Origin: Psammoneis japonica
Taxonomy: Eukaryota
Assembly (NCBI GenBank): GCA_008632985.1
Contig: QPGO01000177.1
Span: forward strand, 1-64,000
DNA length: 64,000 bases
Reading direction: 5' to 3'
The translations under genes and the position numbers were made by a program. This document shows, piece by piece, positions 35,815-48,353 of the stretch. Under the pieces are notes generated by a model. The model was not told the origin of the DNA, did not search any database, and saw only the letters and a program-made list of their open reading frames with translations. Each line of letters opens with the position of its first letter. Within the stretch, counting starts at the first letter, position 1.

Positions 35815-36386
35815 CTAGCGAGCCCAACTGCTTGTTTCACAGCTCGTCCAACGTCGGGACATCGGCGACAAGGGTGGCAAAGACAGGAGTTGCCATGCCA
35901 ATGTAGAGCAAAGCTGCAGATTTATCCACAGTGGGAGTGTTGGGCGGATCGAGGAACCCCGGGTCGCCACAGCCATAAGGTTCCTTGCTTGTTCCAATGG
36001 CAGCTTCATCCCAACGGCCACGAAACGCAGAAGCTGGGATCCAACAGCGAATGGAGTTTCGCGAGATTCCATAGTGTTGGCGAAGACCATCGGCGGCAAT
36101 GGCGGGTGGGTTCCTCGAGAGCCAACCAGTTCCACTAAGGTATTTGACCGCAAAGCCAGTGCTGTCGTCTCCAGACGCAAAGTCGATAGGATGCTGAAAG
36201 GCAAAGGTTTGGCCTCGTCCAGCGCCGAATGGCATGACCGTGGCCGCCCAGGCGAGAACTGTCTTTGTATTGTCCAAACCCTGAGCGTTGTCGGGAGTAG
36301 GAACAAAACCACCAATGTAGTTGCCATAAGCGGGCCGACGAGGTTTGCCTCGGTGTAAAAGACAGCACCATCGTTGGAGGCATCAA
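35815..36386 (-). CDS. Possible small hypothetical gene, frameshifted
   Basis: Overlapping ORFs 35837..36277 and 35815..36327 with a hydrophobic start; no recognised domain. Confidence 0.25.
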
Positions 36387-39010
36387 GGATCCTGAATGAA
36401 CACAGGCGTAGGATCGTTTACTGTAAAAGCATTCGCGGATCCGGATCGATCGTTATTGACATCAGTCCAACTCGCACCAACTCCAACGATGATTCCGTCT
36501 GCTGACAATGACACAGATTCTCCAAAATTATCAAGAGCAGCATCGCCAGTCAAAGGGTCTCCCACCTGATTCCATCTGTTTGTATTCCCATCGTGGTGAA
36601 AGACTATAACTTGACCTGCCCAGTCTATTTCGTCGACGTCGTGACGAGGACTTCCTATAGCCAAGATATTTCCATTTCCACTCAAAGACACCGAGTTGCC
36701 AAAATAATCGCCAGGCTGCTGCGTAAGTAGACTTTGGCCACGTTGGTTCCATGTCGACGTCGAACGGTCGTGGACATAAACCAATACCCTCTCTTCAACG
36801 TCAGCGTTGCCCAGTGCCCCCACAGCCATTATCAAACCAGTGTCGTCGAGTGAAACTGAAACCCCAAACAAGCCACGATCGACTGGACCATTGATTGTAC
36901 CACCTAGTGGATCCCAGCTTGACGATGCAGATATATATTCAAACACGGAGACTTGACCTGCATCTTTTCCACCGTTATCGTTCACATATGCTCCAACGCC
37001 AACGATTGTGCCGGATGCACTCAACGACACTGAAACTCCGAATTGATCCCCTTGAGATTGGCTAATCAGTGTCTGCCCCACTTGGTTCCAAGATGAAGTG
37101 TCTCGGCTGTATTGGAACAATCGAACCGATCCGGAGCTGACACCTTTTGCTCCCACGGCAAGAATGTCTCCAGCGTCCGAGAGAGAGACAGAAGAACCAA
37201 ATAAACCACCGGACGATTGCCCAATAATATCGCTCCCGAGTTGTGCCCAGCTCTCGGTGTCGGATCTGTATTCAAAAACTCTAACATGACCAGCATTGCT
37301 TCCACCACTGTCATTATGATCGGCTCCAACACCTAAGATCGTTCCGTCGCCATTCAATGCCAAGGACGTGCCAAATCTATCATGATCGTTTTCTCCTACC
37401 AATTTTTGACCGATGGGTGACCACTGTCGGGTATTTTGATTGAATCGATGTACGGAAACAAATCCGGGAGCTGTTGAGTCGTAATGTTGAACTGCTCCTA
37501 CCGCCATGATATTACCATTGCGTGACACAGAGATGGACTGGCCAAACCAATCGTTTGCAGAAGTACCATGCAAAACTTGCCCAATGGGTTGCCACACACC
37601 ATTTAGCAGTGGTCCAGAGGGTGAAATAGTTGGTGTCAAGGCGCTCTCTTGTTCTGATGGAGCTAAGCTGTTCTCTCCCTCTGGAGTTACGGTGGGCTGC
37701 TCTTGATTATCACCGCCACCCGAAGATACTCCAATAGCAGCACCCACAACAACCCCAGCAATAAGCAGAAACACAACTCCGAACAAAATGAAGCGTTTGC
37801 GACAAAGGAAGTTCCACATTCTGCACCTATCGGTGTCGTCACTCACGACTTGATCGGCACCGTGACTAACGACATGAGCAACGTCGGCTTGGGTAAGGAG
37901 AATGGTCTGGCGGCGGAGACGCTCATTTTCGTGTTGGAGACGAGCCATTTCATCATCCGTCACTTGAGCGAGCCGGGCTTCGACAACGATGGTGGAACTA
38001 TCCACATCATTGCGCAACGGTTGTGGAGGCATTGACTGATCCTCGGATTGAACCGTTTCAAGATCTGAGAGAAGCGTAATATCATCACTACCGGCGCCTG
38101 CTCTAGGAACTAGTCCTTCACGGCCCACCGCATAGGCACCCGGCGCAACACTTGTGGACAAGTCCATGTTTGGAGTACGTACGGTATCATCATCACTCAC
38201 TAGCAACGATTCGTCCTCTTCTTCGACTCGAATGCAAGGCTGTTGAGCTCGGAGAGATGAAGTAGCAATATCTGATGGAGGAGGTGGAACTTCGTGTTCA
38301 CTTTCACCTTGTGACAGCCTCTCCTGTAAATCTTGTGCTTGAGTTTCTGATGTGTGCCTCTGGTCACGTGGCTGCTGAATACTGCGCTTTCGATTCCTCT
38401 TGCTACCATGGGCAGCAGCAGAGATACGGGATGCATGATGTGCAGGGCAGGTAGCTTCCTGGCGACTCAAAATGTTTCCGCTTCGGTGCTTGCGCCTTGA
38501 TTGACGTCTCGCAATACCAGTCTCGACATCATCAGGCTTACGGTCGCCGCCTTCACCTGCTTTGGGTAAAAAAGCTTTGTCGACGCTCATTGGACCGCCT
38601 TCTTTCTGTATTTGACGTTCTTCTCTCTTCTTCTTGGTGCGACGCGACGCACGTTTTATGGCCGATAGTTTTGAAAGTATTTTGTTCTCTTTCGAAACCG
38701 ACTTGGTAGGCTCTACGGCGACAGCTTTGTCAATTGCCAGGGCCAGTTCTTCTTCGTCTTGCGCGTTTTTTCCTGTTGTTTCCTCTGTTGGTGCTGCTAA
38801 TTGAGCCTCCAGGTCGTTGCGGTTTATCGTTTGTATTTCATGATGCTCATCTTGGTTACTTTCTACCCCGTCATCGTCACACCTTGCCTCTGTCTCGTTC
38901 TTCTTTTTGTTCTCGTTTTTCTTTTTGTTCTTCTTTCGTTTTGGACGCCGCTGCCGGTCGTCGTCGTCGTCGTTGTCAGACCCCTTGGGCTTGTCAGGTC
39001 GATTCTCCAT
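36383..39010 (-). CDS. Single-pass membrane protein with extracellular FG-GAP/integrin-alpha-like beta-propeller
   Basis: Disordered N-terminus, one TM helix, about seven FG.SVSLS..G..LAVGA repeats. Confidence 0.88.
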   Translation of the reverse strand: MENRPDKPKGSDNDDDDDRQRRPKRKKNKKKNENKKKNETEARCDDDGVESNQDEHHEIQTINRNDLEAQLAAPTEETTGKNAQDEEELALAIDKAVAVEPTKSVSKENKILSKLSAIKRASRRTKKKREERQIQKEGGPMSVDKAFLPKAGEGGDRKPDDVETGIARRQSRRKHRSGNILSRQEATCPAHHASRISAAAHGSKRNRKRSIQQPRDQRHTSETQAQDLQERLSQGESEHEVPPPPSDIATSSLRAQQPCIRVEEEDESLLVSDDDTVRTPNMDLSTSVAPGAYAVGREGLVPRAGAGSDDITLLSDLETVQSEDQSMPPQPLRNDVDSSTIVVEARLAQVTDDEMARLQHENERLRRQTILLTQADVAHVVSHGADQVVSDDTDRCRMWNFLCRKRFILFGVVFLLIAGVVVGAAIGVSSGGGDNQEQPTVTPEGENSLAPSEQESALTPTISPSGPLLNGVWQPIGQVLHGTSANDWFGQSISVSRNGNIMAVGAVQHYDSTAPGFVSVHRFNQNTRQWSPIGQKLVGENDHDRFGTSLALNGDGTILGVGADHNDSGGSNAGHVRVFEYRSDTESWAQLGSDIIGQSSGGLFGSSVSLSDAGDILAVGAKGVSSGSVRLFQYSRDTSSWNQVGQTLISQSQGDQFGVSVSLSASGTIVGVGAYVNDNGGKDAGQVSVFEYISASSSWDPLGGTINGPVDRGLFGVSVSLDDTGLIMAVGALGNADVEERVLVYVHDRSTSTWNQRGQSLLTQQPGDYFGNSVSLSGNGNILAIGSPRHDVDEIDWAGQVIVFHHDGNTNRWNQVGDPLTGDAALDNFGESVSLSADGIIVGVGASWTDVNNDRSGSANAFTVNDPTPVFIQDP

Positions 39011-39427
39011 CTTGATAGATTCTTTGGCTGGGACGAGATGAAGAAAAACAAAATAGAAAGTTCAACATCGATGGCATGCAGGCGTGGTCAAGACTGAAGA
39101 AACGCGGTTGCAAGATGGAAGACAGCAGAAGAAGTTGACACAAGGATTGACAGGACACAAGGTTTCAGATCAAAAACGCGTGCATCGAATTTGATTAACC
39201 CGACTTAATACCTGCGAATCACCTTGCGAGTTCAGTCACGCATGGCATCTCGAGTCAGTCGTGGATCCGTGATTCCCGATTCTAATTTGAGATTTGACAC
39301 TTGTCATTCTTGACATATTATTTGACCGAACAACAGCTGCAAGTTATCAAGCAGAGCGTATCTTTACTCACTCAGTATAGATACGCTTTGCAACATTGTC
39401 TGTAATTCTATTTAAAACTCGCAAATA

Positions 39428-40294
39428 ATGTGGAATACTCTTTTTAGATCCGCTGCGGCAGGCACCGCTGCATTAGGAGGATCAGCTTCGGTTGCGAGTG
39501 GAGGCAACCTTTTGCAAATCAACCAAGAATGGCAGTACGCTATTCGCTACGATAAGAACGCATCCGACCTTCGTCACGGCAATGTATACGACGATGACGA
39601 TTTGGAGGATGGGATCTTTGCACTTCCACAAGAGTCGATAGCGTCTGTTGGTGTTTACTACAGCCGATTCCTCGAGTCTGAATTTTTGGGATTCACCCGA
39701 AAAGAAGTAAAGGAAATCGATTCTACGTCCAAAGATATGGAAGCATCAAGTAGCAGTCTCGCCAGATTTGCCGACTTGTTTACGCGTTGGACTGGAGGAA
39801 ACGTTGACTGCAAAGACAACACGACAGACTGTGGAGTGGAACAGGAGTTTCTGTCTTCAAGCAAATCTTCAGACATGGCAGCAGATGCGGTCTTGCTCTT
39901 GGAGGGAGCAAAGCTGAGCTACAACACGTTGCGGGATTTGAGTTGGTTTTCCCACCACTACATTGTGGTCGAAACTACCAACGGCATGTTTTACTCCTTT
40001 GACAAGTATTGCGATTTCATTGACATTCGCCGCGACAGTAACAAGACCGCCATTACTCACATGCAACCCAATGACGGCACGAGAAAGCATGTAAGGTTTG
40101 CAGAGCAATTAGGGTGGGCGCAGCCACACAAGCCAATGAAGCTATCTGACTTGAATCCTTTCCTCCGCGTTCACATGCACGTTCCTTACCATGTGCTCTG
40201 GAGTAATTGTCAGAAGTTCACACGGGACTTATGGGAAGCGATTGTGGTTCCTCCGAATAAACGAGGAAAGAAACGTGGACTGCTTCGTCATTAA
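39428..40294 (+). CDS. Hypothetical protein with possible permuted papain-like (PPPDE-like) domain
   Basis: Intact 288 aa ORF; HHYIVVET and YHVLWSNCQKF motifs. Confidence 0.6.
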   Translation: MWNTLFRSAAAGTAALGGSASVASGGNLLQINQEWQYAIRYDKNASDLRHGNVYDDDDLEDGIFALPQESIASVGVYYSRFLESEFLGFTRKEVKEIDSTSKDMEASSSSLARFADLFTRWTGGNVDCKDNTTDCGVEQEFLSSSKSSDMAADAVLLLEGAKLSYNTLRDLSWFSHHYIVVETTNGMFYSFDKYCDFIDIRRDSNKTAITHMQPNDGTRKHVRFAEQLGWAQPHKPMKLSDLNPFLRVHMHVPYHVLWSNCQKFTRDLWEAIVVPPNKRGKKRGLLRH

Positions 40295-40428
40295 GAGACG
40301 TGTCCTCTCCATTACATGTTTACATGCGTGTCAACAAAGTATATACTGTACATAAATAAAAGTTGATATTAAAATTGTCTGTACATTGTGATCATCAGCG
40401 CGATAATCACTCTAACTATTACGTATTC

Positions 40429-40872
40429 TCAAACCACCATACTCATGGGGACTTCATCGTATCCCTCTCGCCGAGCCTTGTTGAACCAAGCATAACCACC
40501 GCCACCGGCAACACCTGCGCCGACAATAACCCAAACCCACCAAGCACCGCCATGTTTTCCGCTTTCTGGTGGCACGACAATCGGTTCCTCGGTCTCTTCT
40601 GAAGGGATCGGTGTGACTTCTTGCGGTGCACCTGTCACGTCAGGTTCTTCGGGTGTATTATCGCCGTGTCGAAGGACGCGGTGCCTTTTGTGATGCTGCT
40701 GGCGACGCACAATTTGTGGGGTTGAGACATTAATTTCTGATGGGGATTCGTGACCGTGTCGACGTCGGTGTGCAATGTGACGATCAAGGTTCTTGAGAGA
40801 AGCAACGCCGTTCAACAGGCTTAGCAGCACCGACAGTATCAATAACTTTCTCGTCGTGCTGGAAACCATCAT
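40429..40872 (-). CDS. Small type-I membrane protein
   Basis: Signal peptide, P/E-rich stalk, TM helix, REGYDEV tail. Confidence 0.7.
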   Translation of the reverse strand: MMVSSTTRKLLILSVLLSLLNGVASLKNLDRHIAHRRRHGHESPSEINVSTPQIVRRQQHHKRHRVLRHGDNTPEEPDVTGAPQEVTPIPSEETEEPIVVPPESGKHGGAWWVWVIVGAGVAGGGGYAWFNKARREGYDEVPMSMVV

Positions 40873-41170
40873 TGTGATGAATGTTTTGGTTGTAAGAATA
40901 TGAACAATGAGATGAAAGACGATCGTTGCAGAACCATGAGTCCCGTGAAGACGCCGTGTTGTTCAGTCTGAATTTTCAAACGACTCAAAGATACCTTCTC
41001 TTATATTACGTTTACTCCGTCTTCGAATAAGATTATGTTTTTTGAAATCTTAAGGAATTGATGCCGCGCACGCGCTTTTCGCGCGCAAACCGCACAACAT
41101 GCGGGACTGTTGAATCGTATCTTTCACTCGTTGCCGCCACCCACGACTCACGACTGCACACCCTTGCCTC

Positions 41171-42275
41171 GATGCCTGGGATGCTGGATATGGAACGGAA
41201 AGAGTTTTCAAGTTTGCCACTCTTGACGATTATGATTGTGCTAAATAGACTTTCCGAATTCTCTGTTGCGGTTCTAGTACTAATAATCGGATGCAATGGC
41301 TTGTGGCGAGTCAACGGTGCAAACAGAACATTCCTCTCGGAAATGTGCGGCTGCCTGAAAGCATCCAGGTGGGACCAGATGGTTCATCAGTTTTGTTTCA
41401 CAAATTACGGGGTATATCTTTAGTTGATGTAACACGGGTGGCATTCAACAAGTTGTACCAAAGAGTGAATTTCTCCAACGAGGTGCCTTGGCTGTAGGAT
41501 ATACGGGCAATGCATTTGTCGTACCAGGAGGAGGACCCACGCCGTTTGGCTTTAATAAAACCGCAGTTTATGTCTATGACGCAGATACAGGTGAAGACTT
41601 TGCCACGTGCGTTCCGTTGGTTGGAGACGATGGATTCATGAATGATGTTGCCTTTGGTTGGCTATATTATCAAAAGTGATACGCCCAATCTCATGGTGCT
41701 CAATGTCGAGAAAGCCGTCAACAGGGAGTTTGTGATGTTGACTCGATTCCTTACCAAATGAGAACTTAAACGTTACCTTTCCCGGCTCTAACGGGATTGT
41801 AAGTACGGAGACGGTCCACCCATTGCTGTTACGTCTACGGGTGCTCTTCACTTTTTCGACTTGGGGGACAACAGCACCGCCCAGGTAATTGCCCCGGATG
41901 GTGTGCCGTCTGTAAACGGGTTGTTTGTGCAACACAACATCCTGTACGTGACGCAGCTCAACAACGCCATAACTGTTTGGACTCTTAGTGGTGGAATCAA
42001 TGGAGGACCAGTTCAAGCGGTCATGGAAGGGCAGATTTGAAAGCCCGCTTTATAGGGCTCGTCCGTATCGGCGATTGTCGACAATGACATCTTCACCACA
42101 AACTTACTCCTCGTCTTGGATTGCCGGCTCCAGGAGAAAATGATCTTGCTTCCTTCGCGGAAGACCTTTGACATTGTTGTGATGCCGAATCCCTTTGGAA
42201 GCGGCCTACCCACTCCCTCTCCGACAGATTCTAGTAGCGCCGCTGGTTCCGTTGATCCAATCTGCACCCTACTTT
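41171..42275 (+). pseudogene. Disrupted secreted beta-propeller (SMP-30/gluconolactonase-like) gene
   Basis: Fragments LPESIQVGPDG, VYVYDADTG, FMNDVAF, GSNGIV, NGLFV..NILYVTQ in changing frames with stops. Confidence 0.55.
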
Positions 42276-42488
42276 AACACGCAAAGACATGGCTTCTTAC
42301 CTTCGTCATGGCCACCACAATTTCATCGTAGTGAAACTAAGGCACTGTCGAATAGAAAGAGCATCAACGCTAGTAGAAAGACTTGTAAGTTGCTAGTAAT
42401 ATGGTAGTAGCTACTAGCAGATGGAATAAAGTATCCCTTTGAAAGCGAAGCAATAATAAGACATAACCCATCCCTTGAGGAAGTATTT

Positions 42489-42752
42489 CCATTTCCCGAC
42501 TCATCTATCTCATCAACAAGCAAGCAGGAGTTCTCCCCTCGATAGCTCCAGATCGAGAGTTGCGCACATAGCAATCATCCAGGTCGCGAGATGTTTCACC
42601 GTCCTCTGCGCAGGTTGGTTCCATTTCCCGACTCATCTATCTCGTCAACAAGCAAGCAGGAGTTCTCCCCTCGAGAGCTCCAGATCGAGAGTTGCGCACA
42701 TAGCAATCATCCAGGTCGCGAGATGTTTCACCGTCCTCTGCGCAGGTTGGTT
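42489..42752 (+). repeat. Tandem duplication, 2 x 132 bp
   Basis: CCATTTCCCGACTC...CAGGTTGGTT at 42489 and 42621, only about 2 differences. Confidence 0.95.
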
Positions 42753-44439
42753 CGTTTCTTTCTACCTTCAATCAGCTTTTTAACGTGGTACGCCTCAGTT
42801 ACCCGCGCTTCATAAAGCTCCCTAGCAAACCTTTCCTCAAACTCAGTGTCCGAGGGAGTTCCCAGGCCAAATGGACGAGCGGCGCAGAAACAAACGTCCC
42901 TACCTTTGAAAACATGGTGCCAATCAAACTGTGCCCGATATGATGGCTCCAAGTCTCTTCTATTGTCTTCTTCTCCTCCTTCTTCTTCCCCTTCAGAATC
43001 ATCATTCTCTTCATCAAGCGTTTCAGACTCATCGTCGACATCACTAAGCGCCCTTCTGCCCCCTCTTCTGACTTTTGCATCTGTCGAATCATTAAATAAT
43101 TTCATTTTCTTTCTACACCCCCTGCACCTACCCCTTATTCTAAAGCTCATCCGTTTCTTTCTCCTCTTTACCACCACTAGATCCCTCAAAAATCTTTCTC
43201 GTGGCACACTACCCTGAATTTCAACATCATTGACAAAGCGAAACTTAGGGTCGCAGTAGTTGCTAAAGGTGGAAATGAGAGAGAGAGAGAGAGAGATCAC
43301 ATTTCAAATGAGACATGGATTCCATTGGAACAAAGAAAAAGGGCAAATGTCACATCTTACACTGTCAAGTGATTGTACGAGTTTTGGAAAGCGCTCGTGA
43401 TTGCTGAAAAATCCCGAGGAGCTGGTCCCTTATCGAACGTCAAAGTCACGTCCGAGTAGAAGTCTCTCTCCTTTGGGTTGCAATCGACAGCTTCATATTC
43501 AACTACGCGATTCACGCTCTTGAAATTGTCAATAAGACGAAGGCTTGCTATCAATTCAATTTCCATCCTGAATGCTGCCAAAAACTCCTTGGGTGTCGGA
43601 CCCCGATCCTCCCAAATGTCAGAAGGGCAGCGACATGCATCAGGGTTGAAGGGCTCGTGAAGATATTTTGGGTGCTTTTCCTCTTTCGCATTGTGCTCAA
43701 ACATCCTTGTCTCTTCCGATAAGTCAACCCCACGCCCACTTACTTTGTAGATGAAGTTCCTTACATAAAGCGTTTCGGTTTCCAGCTTTCTGTAAATGAC
43801 TTCCGACACTGACAGTTTCACATCTTCCACTACGCGGAAATGACTCTTGTCACACACATTGCTGTATGGAGGCTTGGGCATGTTGATCGAGTTGTAGGTC
43901 TCTTTGAAGGCATCCTCCATCAACAACCTAGTCTGTTTTGATATGCTTTCCGTATCAACAAGAGCATGCTCGACGAGGACGTAAGCCGAAAACGTGTCTC
44001 GTCTCCCGCATGTGTCGAGATTCTTGGATTCTATTTGGCTTGGATCGACGTCTTCGGCGTAGTAGGCCAAGTCGTAAGCGTAAATGCCATTAGGGAGAGG
44101 TTTTTGTGCATAAACCTTCTTGATGACCAGTCGGTCTCGCCTTGAAACCATTTCATGCTCGCTATGATTACTTGTTCGTATCTGTGGCTGGTCGTTGATG
44201 ACTAGTTGGTCTCGCCGTGAAACCATTCCATGCTCGCTATGGTTACTTGTTCGTGTCTGGAGCTGATCCATGATGACTGGTCGTGCTCGCCGTGAAACTA
44301 CTTCATGCTCGTTATGGTCATTATTTGTTCGTAACAGGTGCTGCGCGTTGTTGGTCATCGTCGTCTCAACAAAGATCACTCTCGATGCAGTCGTGAGAAA
44401 GAAGGCAGCAATCCTGGCAAACCTTGTCTGTCTCATCAC
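42728..44439 (-). CDS. Two-exon hypothetical secreted protein (intron 43263-43360)
   Basis: GTAAG...TTTAG intron joins ORFs 43357..44439 and 42728..43300 in frame; repeated CD..FR.V.DV domain; three N-terminal 22-aa repeats. Confidence 0.65.
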
Positions 44440-44929
44440 TAGGGGAATATATTTGAAGCGTTCTAGTAATCAGTTCTGCCCTACCCTCTTCGAACCGGCA
44501 ATCGGTGCTCCCTACATCTAGTGACAACGACTTGGAGTGGTGAGTGGCGTGTGAAGAGTTTGAGGAGCGGATCGTGGATCAGCGCGAGAAAAGATTTATG
44601 CCCCGTCAGATTGCTATGACCGGCTATTTTCAAAAATGAAGCTTATGACGATTTCGCTAGGACGTAGAGACAAAGACAAAATAATGACCTACGACAAAGT
44701 CTCTCATGACATTTCTATTCGATTCACAGTGAGACATTTCTTCCAATTATTTCAAAAAGAAATGTCATATAGTCATTGTTGAAATGGAGATGAAATGAAG
44801 GTCATTCATACTTCTAGCTAGAGTGTAGACTACACCTACCCAAAATGGTGATGAGCGCGATGCGGTACGATGATGATGATGTCTGTAGCCTACATGCGAC
44901 GACCAGACGGGTCGTGTTCCCCCATCAAC

Positions 44930-46590
44930 CCACCTGACATGCCTTTGTGTCACACACCCCCATCCGCCATCCATGGATAAAACAGTGGTGTAAGGAATGG
45001 TTGATGCAGGTTGACATCAGCTGATCTGCAGGCACTGCCTCTGCCAGTTCTGTGTTGTTGGTCAGGCAGCACAGCGACTCTCTGCGCCCAGCGACTCTCT
45101 GCACACTTTTGCTGTCAGAAAGGAAAGGCGGGGGTGCAGAGGAAGAAACTGACAACTCCTCAACATTTGACAAAGCACTTTAGCCAGAAGCCAAAATCTC
45201 AATGATGCTGCCACAGAAGTTGGTGATGAACACATCCCAGCTCCACTTGCTGAGATTTCCACATTTGCGCTGGCTGTCGTCTTGGCCGCGGCTGCTTTGC
45301 TCTTTGTTGAAGTGGGCCGCCACTCTGGCCCGATGACATCTGAGTGTGTGGATTTTGTGGAAACATCACAAGCTTTCAAAAAACAGAAAATGCATGTGGA
45401 GGTCAAAAACGTGACGTGCAGTTGCCCCCGAGATCATGGAACAGACTTCAGCTGCACACAGCTGACAGGCTGCTTTCTGTCTCTGTGCTTTGTGCGCTCA
45501 ATGTCAAAATCAGCCACATTTCTGATGGGTGCAATCTGTTTGCTGCCAGGAACAATGGCCAAGGTTGTTGAGACTTGCACCCTTGCTTGCTGTGACTGTC
45601 TTGCCAGGTTGGAATCTGTGCCACAAAATTGTGGGTGTGTTGCTGTTTGTCTTCTTCATGCTTGGGCTGTGTCAACAGCAAATGCCAAGGCATGGTGGCG
45701 CAGTTGTTGATGAACAAGTCAAAGCTTGTTGTGGCAAACAAACAAAGAGAGGGCAACATTGTGAAAGTTGGCAACACAGTTCTTGCAGGGACAGTCATCA
45801 AGACAGGGTGGAGAGAGACAACAACTCACGCACAAGATGGAGTTTTTGCCACATTGTCAAACACAGTTGGAGAAGAGGAGCAGCTCACCAAGAGAAACTG
45901 TTGGGTGGTTGAGACTCTTGCCTTCTTCTGCAATGATGCAGCAAAGATCCCACAACTTGCGCATGTGTCATCAAGCCCAAGTTGATTGCACATTGTCCTG
46001 AGCTGGTCAGATGGATCTCATCCATTCATTGTTGCGTGGAGTGAGTTTAGAGAAGAGCACCTGCAGGTTCTCATGGAAGCACACATTTTGGGAATTCAGC
46101 CAATGTGGGTGAAGCACACCATTCCAACAGTGACAATGAGCAATGCTTGCAGTTTTGGAGGTGGTCATTGAAACGGATGTGTTTTTGCCAAAGCATCAAA
46201 GCCCGCAGCTGGCTCACCAAGCATGATGTCCTTGGAAGAAAACCCCCATTGCATCATGGTGTGAAACAAGGAGGGCACAAAAGATGAATCAAGGCCCTCT
46301 CTTCTGTCAGCAAAAAGCTCGACGAGCGAAGCAACAGACGACATTGATTTCTTTCCGAGTCACCGAAACGACGTAAATTCCACAGTCTCAGCACGATGTT
46401 GCTTACGAGCGACGCATTGCACAAGCAGATCGCTCACCAAAGTCAAAGAGCGCAGACAAACACATGTAATTTGCAAAAGTGCGACACCAGCCCATGCAAA
46501 AAGAAAGCGGCTGTTGCCAATTTCGTCGACATGGAGAAAGCCTCTGTGGCAGCTTGACAGCAGCTCCTGATCGTTGTGAGATTCTTGCCT
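44930..46590. mobile_element. Isolated TpA-depleted relic, probably a decayed repeat of unknown class
   Basis: Abrupt loss of TA and excess of TG/CA amid normal genes; Cys/His-rich ORFs in all frames. Confidence 0.5.
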
Positions 46591-46788
46591 CTCTGGAGAG
46601 GAACCTACTGCATTAAAATCCGATGATCAGAAGATACAATTCCTTTACAATTTACTGGGGAGAAGGGTGAGATAAACCACAAGCTGCATGAAATCCATGG
46701 CATGCATGGCAGTTCTTTTAAACAATCTTTACATGACCTCAAATCACAACGAAGTCAATCTGGGCTTTCTCTTGCTGTCCCATGCTCG

Positions 46789-47943
46789 TCACTGGTCCAT
46801 ACGAATGCGAAGCTTCTTGCCAGTGAAACCTTCTTTGTTCACCAGTTCCAAAAACTTGGACTGCATGTCCTCCAACCGGCAATCCACAAAGCTCGATTCC
46901 GCCCATCCGCCCGGTTTGAGACCCTCATTGACCATTTTATTGGCACGTCCGAGTCGGGCAAGCGTCCTGATTGGACCTCCACCTTCAATCCAACTGCCGA
47001 GATAGAATCCCTTGACCTCCTTTTTCCCATAAATCAAATCCACCACATCCACGCCCTCGACGGGCTTTTTCGAGAGTCCACCATAGACCAAGCACGTGCC
47101 GCCCGAAGGAAGTAACGAGACGAGTGTACCAGGCATTTCTCCAGCAATGGCATCAAACGCAACCGTAATGTTTAATTCTTGAATCATTGACGAGAGCTGG
47201 TCCTGCCAGTCCTTATCGTTGGTACAAACAATGTGTGTGGCACCAAGTTTTCGCAAGAGTTCCACCTGTTCTTGGCGACGAACAAGATTGACCACCGTCA
47301 TGTCTTTCTGAGAAGCACTCAGTTTCACCATCATTTGTCCCAATTGACTCGCCGCGGCAGTATGAATCAATGCTTTTGCTCCATATGTTGTCTTGGCTGT
47401 GTCGAGAATGGCAAGAGCGGTAAAGGGATTGACGAAAAAGGAGGCTGCATCCGCCGGACCAATCTCACGAGACATGACAAAGGCGCCTCGTAGGGCATTG
47501 ACGCAAACATACTCGGCATAGGTGCCCTGATTATCCGATGCAAGCACACCAACCGTTTTGTTCAAGAGTCGATTGGCAGACCAGCCACCACCGGAAGCCA
47601 CAACAACTCCAGAGCCTTCAATGCCCACTGGAGACGACGGTTCTTGCGATTTTTTGCCCGCTCGCCAACGTCCATAGTCGGAAGGATTCACGGGCGAGGC
47701 TGACATTTTCACAAGCACCTCTCCTGGCTTTGGCTGAGGAACGTCGACCTCTTGAACTTGTAGCTTTACCTTGTTGAGATCTGAATTGGGCTCCATGAGA
47801 AAGAGCTTTTTCATTTTTGTGGGTATAGTGTTGCTTTGTTTGCTGCTGCTGCGAGAACGAGATTTCAGAACGTAAGCGACCGACGCAATTGCCAACGCTC
47901 CACCGACAAAAACACCGCTACTTGTCTTCACTTTGTTGTCCAT
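46789..47943 (-). CDS. MDR-family NAD(P)H:quinone/enoyl reductase (Zn-ADH-like)
   Basis: PKPGEVLVKM.ASPVNPSD, GIEGSGVVV, GTYAEY, FVNPFTA, HTAAASQLG. Confidence 0.92.
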   Translation of the reverse strand: MDNKVKTSSGVFVGGALAIASVAYVLKSRSRSSSKQSNTIPTKMKKLFLMEPNSDLNKVKLQVQEVDVPQPKPGEVLVKMSASPVNPSDYGRWRAGKKSQEPSSPVGIEGSGVVVASGGGWSANRLLNKTVGVLASDNQGTYAEYVCVNALRGAFVMSREIGPADAASFFVNPFTALAILDTAKTTYGAKALIHTAAASQLGQMMVKLSASQKDMTVVNLVRRQEQVELLRKLGATHIVCTNDKDWQDQLSSMIQELNITVAFDAIAGEMPGTLVSLLPSGGTCLVYGGLSKKPVEGVDVVDLIYGKKEVKGFYLGSWIEGGGPIRTLARLGRANKMVNEGLKPGGWAESSFVDCRLEDMQSKFLELVNKEGFTGKKLRIRMDQ

Positions 47944-48353
47944 GGTGATGTTGTGTGAACTTCCTGGCTAGAATTTCGTGAGGTCAAAATACATTACGTA
48001 CCACTTTCAAGAGGTACCGGTAATCTATATATAATACAGTAACTACAGCAGAGAAAAGTCGTTAACTCTCTATCTTCAACGCAAAAGGAGAGGGGTCTTC
48101 GATCTTCGCATGCTAACCTTATTGATGTGAGATTGAAGATCTTCGATCTTCGCAACATCGTCTTCGTGAAAATTTCATCAGGACGCGGTCTCATGGACGG
48201 ATGGATGGACGGATGGCGCGGTGCTGTGTCTTGGCTCGAGCTCTCGCTCCAGGAAAGACTTGAGAAAACACGATCTTTTATCTTTCGTCGGATCTTTTGC
48301 GACCTTGATTTTGTGTTGTTGCTGTTGTTGCTGGGTTGTCTCTTGTATCTGTC

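Noticed and set aside
42489..42752. Direct repeats as CRISPR-like array
   Set aside because: Two adjacent 132 bp copies with no spacers, eukaryotic context; simple tandem duplication
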